DNA from: Myxococcota bacterium
GTDB taxonomy: Bacteria > Myxococcota > UBA4151
NCBI GenBank assembly: GCA_040260805.1
Contig: JBDQPD010000033.1
Coordinates: forward strand, 1-33,408
Direction of reading: 5' to 3'
DNA length: 33,408 bases
A program made the position numbers and the translations under genes. The notes under the pieces are model-generated. The model was given only the letters and a program-made list of their open reading frames with translations, was not told the origin of the DNA and did no database searches. The stretch's first letter is position 1. Each line of letters starts with the position of its first letter. Shown here piece after piece: positions 27,712 through 33,408 of the stretch.

Positions 27712-28392
27712 ATGACCGACATTCGGAAGTTAGCCGCTGAGTTTATTGGAACCTTTGCGATGATCTTGGTGGGTTGCGGGGCGATTTCGGTCGAAGCGAG
27801 CCAGCCGGGGGTCATCGGTCATGGCGGGGTCAGCCTGATCTTTGGCTTGGTCGTTGGCGCCATGATCTACGCCACCGGTCACATCTCAGGGGCGCACTTT
27901 AATCCGGCGGTGACGCTTGGCTTCGCCAGCACCGGTCGCTTTCCTTGGGCTCAGGTGCCGCTTTATACGCTGGCGCAGGTGCTCGCTGCGATCTCGGCGA
28001 TGGCGGTCCTGAGTTGGGTGCTTCCCGACCACGCCAGCGGCGTGACCGGCACCAGCTTAACCTTGGGTAAAGCGTTTGCGGTTGAGGGGATGATCACCTT
28101 CTTCTTGATGTTCGTCATCGCCTCCGTGGCGACCGATCACCGCGCCGTCTCGCAGTTAGCGGGCGTCGCGATTGGTGCGACGGTGACCTTGGGGGCGCTC
28201 TTTGGCGGACCGCTTACGGGCGCGTCGATGAACCCGGCGCGCAGCGTAGGGCCTGCTTTGGTCCTCGGTGACATGACCAACTTATGGCTCTACCTCGTCG
28301 CTCCCTGCGTCGGCGCCGTCGCCGGCGCCTGGGCGTATCGGTTAATCCGCTGCGATGACCAAGAAGCCGAAGACGTCGACGGGTGTTGCTGA
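27712..28392 (+). CDS. MIP family aquaporin/aquaglyceroporin with C-terminal Cys-Cys
   Basis: AEFIGTF, HISGAHFNPAVT and GASMNPARS (two NPA motifs); tail CDDQEAEDVDGCC. Confidence 0.93.
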   Translation: MTDIRKLAAEFIGTFAMILVGCGAISVEASQPGVIGHGGVSLIFGLVVGAMIYATGHISGAHFNPAVTLGFASTGRFPWAQVPLYTLAQVLAAISAMAVLSWVLPDHASGVTGTSLTLGKAFAVEGMITFFLMFVIASVATDHRAVSQLAGVAIGATVTLGALFGGPLTGASMNPARSVGPALVLGDMTNLWLYLVAPCVGAVAGAWAYRLIRCDDQEAEDVDGCC

Positions 28393-28395
28393 AAG

Positions 28396-29673
28396 CTAGC
28401 GCTGACGTCGAAGCTTTTTAAGGAAGTCTCGGTCGTAGTTGCGCATCAGTTTCGTGAGCCCAGCGTTCCAGGTGTTTTGCGTGCCATCCCAGTAGCGACG
28501 CATCCACCACAAGGCGATCTGACCCATGCGCTTATTGCCTGCCTTAGGCGCCGCTCGACCGTTGCAATAGTTGGGGTCCATGACGGCGTGAAAGTTCTTC
28601 CATGGCTCATAGGATTTCGCCTGCATCAACCCTTTGTAGACCTTCATCATGCGGTTGCGACAGGTTGCGTTGCGATTGAGCTTGTGCTGCACGCTCGCAA
28701 AGTCTCGAGCCAATGGGCGAAGCACTTGGTCGTACACGCGCTTCATGATTTTCGCCTGCGGCTTATTGGATTTTGAATTGGGATTATGTCGCGGAATTGA
28801 GTTGGCGAGAAAACGGACAAAGGTTTGGTCGTATTGACCAAACTTTGCGCCGGTCTTGAGGCTTCGTCCTTGCCCCGTTCCGTTTCGGAAGATGCGCTTG
28901 TTCGGGTGTTTGGCACGAAACGCTTTTTGAAGTTGGTTCCATGGCAGGACGTTTCTGCGCAGATCGCCCAGAAAAGGACGCAATCCCCATTTTTGATTGG
29001 CCGCCAGGTTTTTCGCGTTGCGCTCAGCGCGCTGCAAAACGCCGCTCCAAAACTGCATGGGGTTCAACTTTTGGGGTCCGCCGATCGCCGCTCCTAGGCC
29101 GCCGGAGGGACCTTTCTTGTTCGGAGAAAAATTCATGTCACCGGCGCCCTTCAACGAACCGATTTGGTCGAGGACTTTCCCGTTACCCGCGTGCGGATGG
29201 GTGAGGACCTGGTACTTGCTCATCACGACGCTGCGGTTGTTGTGGCCTGCTTTGCACCCGCGCGGGACCACGTGTCCGATCAAACCAAAGCGTCCCTGGT
29301 GCCTGCCGCGACAAAGCGCAGGGTTGTTGGGGCGCTTTCCGCTGCGGATGGCCGAGAGCTTTTCCATGGTGTTGTGGTTGCGCCATTGCAGCGATGCGCT
29401 GTGGGCTCCGGGCGTGGCGATTTGGTATTGATCGTGGCGCAGCTCTTTGGGGCCTCGAGCCGTGTGACAGCGTGCACCAAAGGTATAGCCGGTGTGCCAG
29501 CGCTGCGGCATGCGCTTGCGGCAAACATAATACACTTTAGACCCCGACGCGCCGCCGGCGATGGCGACTGCGGGCATCGGTTTGCCCATGCGGTGAGGTT
29601 TCCAGTTGATGGCGCTCGCCGAGGCTTGGCTAGCCAGCATCGTCAGGGAAGCGATGAGGGAAAGACGGATCAT
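28396..29673 (-). CDS. Secreted basic protein: DM9/DUF3421-like repeats plus uncharacterised helical C-terminal domain
   Basis: Signal peptide; two repeats W.....A...G....(YV/AL)CR....G....C.....YQ(I/V); Gly-rich linker; Lys/Arg-rich C-terminal domain. Confidence 0.6.
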   Translation of the reverse strand: MIRLSLIASLTMLASQASASAINWKPHRMGKPMPAVAIAGGASGSKVYYVCRKRMPQRWHTGYTFGARCHTARGPKELRHDQYQIATPGAHSASLQWRNHNTMEKLSAIRSGKRPNNPALCRGRHQGRFGLIGHVVPRGCKAGHNNRSVVMSKYQVLTHPHAGNGKVLDQIGSLKGAGDMNFSPNKKGPSGGLGAAIGGPQKLNPMQFWSGVLQRAERNAKNLAANQKWGLRPFLGDLRRNVLPWNQLQKAFRAKHPNKRIFRNGTGQGRSLKTGAKFGQYDQTFVRFLANSIPRHNPNSKSNKPQAKIMKRVYDQVLRPLARDFASVQHKLNRNATCRNRMMKVYKGLMQAKSYEPWKNFHAVMDPNYCNGRAAPKAGNKRMGQIALWWMRRYWDGTQNTWNAGLTKLMRNYDRDFLKKLRRQR

Positions 29674-29719
29674 GGGGAGCTCCTTGTGGGGCGATTAACG
29701 CCGCCTGGGTCAATCCGAT

Positions 29720-31243
29720 TCAATCTTGGGCGATGCCATCATCGATAAAGCGACGCACTTGATCAATGGCGATGCGACTCTGCTCGCCTGTGTCGCGGTC
29801 GCGCACGGTCACGGTTTGGTCGGTGAGCGTGTCGTGGTCGACGGTAAAGCACCAGGGCGTACCCGCCTCGTCCATGCGGGCGTAGCGCTTCCCGATGCTC
29901 TGTTTTTCATCGAGCTGGCAGATGTGGTTCTTGCGCAGGTCCATGTACAGGTTCTGGGCGATCTCCGGCAGGCCGTCTTTGCGCGTGAGCGGGAAGATGC
30001 CGGCCTTGATCGGCGCTAGGCTTGGGTTAAATCGCATCAGCTCGGGCGAGGGGCGGCTCTCGTCGACATCGTAAGCCTCGATGAGCAGCACCAGCACGCC
30101 ACGGGTCAGCCCCGAGGCGGGCTCGATCACGTGCGGCACAAAGCGCTCACGCGTCTGCGGGTCAAAGAACTCCATCTTGGTGCCGCTGTGTTCTTGGTGC
30201 TGACTCAAATCAAAGTTGCCACGATGGGCGACGCCCTCGAGCTCACCAAAACCATCCGAGAAGGGGTAGGCGTACTCGATGTCGTAGGTGCCAAAACCAT
30301 TTTTGGAGTAATGTGCTAGCTCGTCGTCGCCGTGCTTGCGCAGGATCAGGTTCTCGTCGCGCACGCCGAGCGATTTCCACCACTCGAGCCGTTGCTGGGT
30401 CCAATATTCAAACCAGGTGCCTGCTTGGTCGGGGGGGCAAAAGAACTCCATCTCCATCTGCTCGAACTCGCGGCTGCGAAAGATGAAGTTGCGCGGCGTG
30501 ACCTCGTTGCGAAACGACTTGCCGACCTGGGCGATCCCGAAGGGCATCTTGACCCGGCTGGTGTCGAGCACGTTTTTGTAATTCAAAAAGATGCCCTGCG
30601 CCGTCTCGGGGCGCAGGTAGGCGACGTTGTCCTCGCCGCTGGTGGCGCCGACAAAGGTCTTGAACATCAGGTTGAATTCACGCGGCTCGGTCAGGCTGCC
30701 TGGCTCGCTGGCGTCGGGCCCGACGATCAACGCGTAGGCGCTCAGGTCCAAATCAATAAGCGATACGGTCTCGAACAAGTCACTAGCGGGGCGTCCGCGC
30801 AGCGCCTTTTTCAGCTTTTTGGCGATCGCGTCTTCGTTGCCTTCGACGAAGGCATAGCTCGGGTGCACGTCGGCGCCTTCTTTGGGGCGGTAGACCAAGA
30901 TGTGGTCCGCCCGGTAGCGGCGCTTGCTCTGGCGGCAGTCGACCATCGGGTCAGAGAACCCGCCGACGTGCCCGCTGGCTTCCCAAGCTTTAGGGTTTTG
31001 AATGATCGAGGAGTCCAGACCCACGATGTCGAGCGGTATACCCTCAGGTCCGATCGGTGGGCACTCGACGAGATCGCGCCACCAGCGATCGCGTAGGTTG
31101 TTTTTGAGCTGAGCGCCCAAGGGGCCGTAATCCCAGAAGCCGTTAATGCCGCCGTAGATTTCTGATGCCGGAAAGACGAAGCCTCTGCGTTTGCAAAGGG
31201 ACACCAGTTTTTCCATCAACTCACTGCCTTGCGGTCGTGCCAT
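29720..31243 (-). CDS. glyQS: Glycine--tRNA ligase, homodimeric (alpha2) type
   Basis: LCKRRGF...SEIYGG...WDYGPLG, WEASGHV, YLRPETAQGIF, SFRNE.TP..FIFR.REFEQME and SIGKRYAR.DE.GTP. GGAGG RBS before ATG at 31243. Confidence 0.96.
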   Translation of the reverse strand: MARPQGSELMEKLVSLCKRRGFVFPASEIYGGINGFWDYGPLGAQLKNNLRDRWWRDLVECPPIGPEGIPLDIVGLDSSIIQNPKAWEASGHVGGFSDPMVDCRQSKRRYRADHILVYRPKEGADVHPSYAFVEGNEDAIAKKLKKALRGRPASDLFETVSLIDLDLSAYALIVGPDASEPGSLTEPREFNLMFKTFVGATSGEDNVAYLRPETAQGIFLNYKNVLDTSRVKMPFGIAQVGKSFRNEVTPRNFIFRSREFEQMEMEFFCPPDQAGTWFEYWTQQRLEWWKSLGVRDENLILRKHGDDELAHYSKNGFGTYDIEYAYPFSDGFGELEGVAHRGNFDLSQHQEHSGTKMEFFDPQTRERFVPHVIEPASGLTRGVLVLLIEAYDVDESRPSPELMRFNPSLAPIKAGIFPLTRKDGLPEIAQNLYMDLRKNHICQLDEKQSIGKRYARMDEAGTPWCFTVDHDTLTDQTVTVRDRDTGEQSRIAIDQVRRFIDDGIAQD

Positions 31244-31351
31244 GCGGCCTCCAACTTCGGTGGTCTGCCTACTCAACTGAAGGCTAGAGAACAACAGCCT
31301 TTGGCACGACCTACGCTGGTGCCTGGCGCCGAAAGCGCCTAGGGCTTGGCC

Positions 31352-32578
31352 ATGAACTTTCCAGCCCTAGCGAATTTACCCCCTGTCCCGAGCGAGTCCG
31401 TGACCGTTCATGTGCAGCGCGCGGCCCTCAAACCTTTGCGCCAGGGTCACCCTTGGCTCTTTGACGGCGGCATCGCCAAGGTCAGTAAAGAGGTCCCTGC
31501 GGGCGCCGTCGCGGTCATTTTTGACGACAAGCGCAAAATGGTCGGCCTGGGGCTTTATGACCCTGATCACCCGATCCGGGTTAAGATGCTGCTTCGCCGC
31601 GGCGGCGTGCCGATCAACGAGGACTTCTTTGCAGGGCGGGTTGAGCAGGCGATCGCGCTGCGCGAGCCGCTGCACAGGCAAAAGACTGACGGCTACCGCT
31701 TGATCTACGGCGAGAGCGATGGGCTGCCCGGGCTGGTCGTTGATCGCTACGCCAAGACGGTGGTGATCAAACTCTACAGCGCCATCTGGTGGTCGCGTTT
31801 AGCGCAGGTGGTGCCCTCGCTGATGCGTCTGACCAAAGCCCATCATGTGGTGCTGCGCTTGAGTCGAGCGCTCAAGTCGCAAGCCGCACAGTTTGGTTTG
31901 AGCGATGGTCAGGTGCTCAGCGCGAAGCCCTTGCCCGATCACATGACCTTTCAAGAGAACGGTTTGTCCTTCGAGGTCGATGTCCTGCGCGGGCAAAAAA
32001 CCGGCTTCTTCTTGGACCAACGAGACAACCGCAAACGCGTCGAAGCGCTCAGCCAGGGCAAGTCGGTGCTCAACGTCTTCTCCTACACCGGCGGGTTTTC
32101 GCTCTATGCGGCGCGCGGCGGCGCTACCGAGGTGACCAGCTTGGACTCGAGTCGTCCGGCGTTGGAAGCAGCGGAGCGCAATTTCAAACTCAACCCCGAG
32201 CTCAATTGTGCACATGAGATCATTTGCGGTCATGCTTTTGCTGAGATGAATGCGCTGATCGATGCGAAAAAAACCTACGACGTGATCGTGATCGACCCGC
32301 CCTCGTTTGCGCGCAAAGCCATCGAGGTCGAAGCGGCGCGTAACGCGTACGGTCGACTCACCAAGCTCGGGCTCGCGTTGCTCGCCCCGGGCGGCACCTT
32401 GGTCCTCGCCTCCTGCTCGAGCCGGATCACCATGGACGACTTCGTCGCCATCAACCAACGCGCCGCCAGCCAGGTGAGCCGCTCGCTGCGGATCTTAGAG
32501 CGCTCAGAGCACGCGCTCGACCACCCCGTCGACTTCGCCGAGGGCGCCTATTTGAAGTGTCTGATCACGACGGCGTGA
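31352..32578 (+). CDS. rlmI: 23S rRNA m5C1962 methyltransferase RlmI-like (PUA + class I SAM MTase)
   Basis: GHPWLF, RLIYGESDGLPGLVVDRY, GQKTGFFLDQRDNR, VLNVFSYTGGF, DPPSFA, SCS and YLK. Confidence 0.85.
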   Translation: MNFPALANLPPVPSESVTVHVQRAALKPLRQGHPWLFDGGIAKVSKEVPAGAVAVIFDDKRKMVGLGLYDPDHPIRVKMLLRRGGVPINEDFFAGRVEQAIALREPLHRQKTDGYRLIYGESDGLPGLVVDRYAKTVVIKLYSAIWWSRLAQVVPSLMRLTKAHHVVLRLSRALKSQAAQFGLSDGQVLSAKPLPDHMTFQENGLSFEVDVLRGQKTGFFLDQRDNRKRVEALSQGKSVLNVFSYTGGFSLYAARGGATEVTSLDSSRPALEAAERNFKLNPELNCAHEIICGHAFAEMNALIDAKKTYDVIVIDPPSFARKAIEVEAARNAYGRLTKLGLALLAPGGTLVLASCSSRITMDDFVAINQRAASQVSRSLRILERSEHALDHPVDFAEGAYLKCLITTA

Positions 32579-32687
32579 TGGGTGCTCGCGGTTGACTTAC
32601 AGCGCATAAAACTACCAACTTGAATATCGATGAAGTCACGGTCGTTCCTTAGGACAACCCATGGCTGAGGTGATAAGGAGAGAGTCG

Positions 32688-33408
32688 ATGCGTTTCTTGA
32701 TGATCGTTGCCGCGCTTGGCTTAGCGATGCCAGTGAGCGCTCAGTCCAAGCTGAGCTCGAAACAACGCAAACGCGACGCTTTTAGCGAGCTCAACGCTAA
32801 GCGTAAGACCGATCAAGGCAGCGACGCAGGTTTAGCCTTACGCTTCTTTGATGCGCTGACCGGTGAGCCTTTGCGTGGCGCCAAGGTCTCTGCGGATGGC
32901 GAATCGGTAATGACCAACGGTGAAGGGCGGGCGCTGCTCAAGTGGCCGGCAAAGCTGAACAAGCGAGAAGATCGCCGCATCGTTCGAGTCAGCAAGAGCG
33001 GCTACGTGACCAGCGACATTGAGGTTCATTTTATGGCGGGAACGATCTTTAATAACCGCTTCTCGATCTCACCGGCTTTATCGCCAGATCGTCTGCGTGT
33101 GGTTCTGGACTGGGGTTCATCGCCGGCCGATTTGGATGCGCATTTGATCAAACAAAAACGAGGCCGCAAGCAGTACCACATTAGCTATCGAGAGATGAAA
33201 TCATGGCGTGATGTGGCTCGTCTTGACCGAGACGATACTGACGCCTTCGGGCCCGAAACGATTACAATTGATCGTGTTGATGCGCGCGGTGACTACACCT
33301 TTGTGGTCCATGACTACACCAACCACCACACCTCAAATGCCGCCGATATGTACAAGGCGCGTGCGACCGTGCAGCTGTATATGGACGGTCAACTCAAGGC
33401 TCAGTTTC
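32688..33408 (+). CDS. Exported YfaP/DUF2135-domain protein (3' truncated; absent from ORF track)
   Basis: Manual translation from ATG 32688 after AAGGAG: MRFLMIVAALGLAMPVSAQ... FFDALTGEPLRGAKV... RVVLDWGSSPADLDAHL... LDRDDTDAFGPETITI... YTFVVHDY. The frame stays open to the window end. Confidence 0.85.
   Translation, partial: MRFLMIVAALGLAMPVSAQSKLSSKQRKRDAFSELNAKRKTDQGSDAGLALRFFDALTGEPLRGAKVSADGESVMTNGEGRALLKWPAKLNKREDRRIVRVSKSGYVTSDIEVHFMAGTIFNNRFSISPALSPDRLRVVLDWGSSPADLDAHLIKQKRGRKQYHISYREMKSWRDVARLDRDDTDAFGPETITIDRVDARGDYTFVVHDYTNHHTSNAADMYKARATVQLYMDGQLKAQF

Noticed and set aside
30332..31096. 254-aa plus-strand ORF
   Set aside because: Antisense shadow of the well-conserved glyQS; no recognisable motifs.
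31799..32458. 219-aa minus-strand ORF
   Set aside because: Antisense shadow of the RlmI-like gene.
32592..32618. TTGACT promoter upstream of the last gene
   Set aside because: No convincing -10 at 16-18 bp spacing.

Overview
A gene-dense, moderately GC-rich bacterial chromosomal segment with about 32 CDS. I saw no rRNA, tRNA, CRISPR array or mobile element. A MYXO-CTERM-like tail and several lipoproteins with acidic D-A-G linkers suggest a Myxococcota-like or deltaproteobacterial host (inference). Bases 1-7.8 kb form a light/oxidative-stress neighbourhood: DUF2878, SRPBCC, CPD photolyase, TIGR01777, DUF1295, a SOUL heme-binding protein, and a DsbD/ScsB-alpha domain plus a peroxiredoxin-like protein. 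Embedded in it is the most unusual element, a biliverdin reductase A-like gene translationally coupled to a secreted FABP-like (calycin) protein. This suggests a bacterial biliverdin/bilirubin photoprotection module (hypothesis). The rest holds an orphan Dam-family methyltransferase, hydrolases, an EF-hand/lysozyme-like protein, modABC, monomeric icd and a divergent malate synthase. Further on are a PNGase F-like lipoprotein, an aquaporin with a Cys-Cys tail, a basic DM9-repeat protein, glyQS, an RlmI-like methyltransferase and a truncated YfaP/DUF2135 gene missing from the ORF track. Family calls come from recalled motifs; no searches were run.
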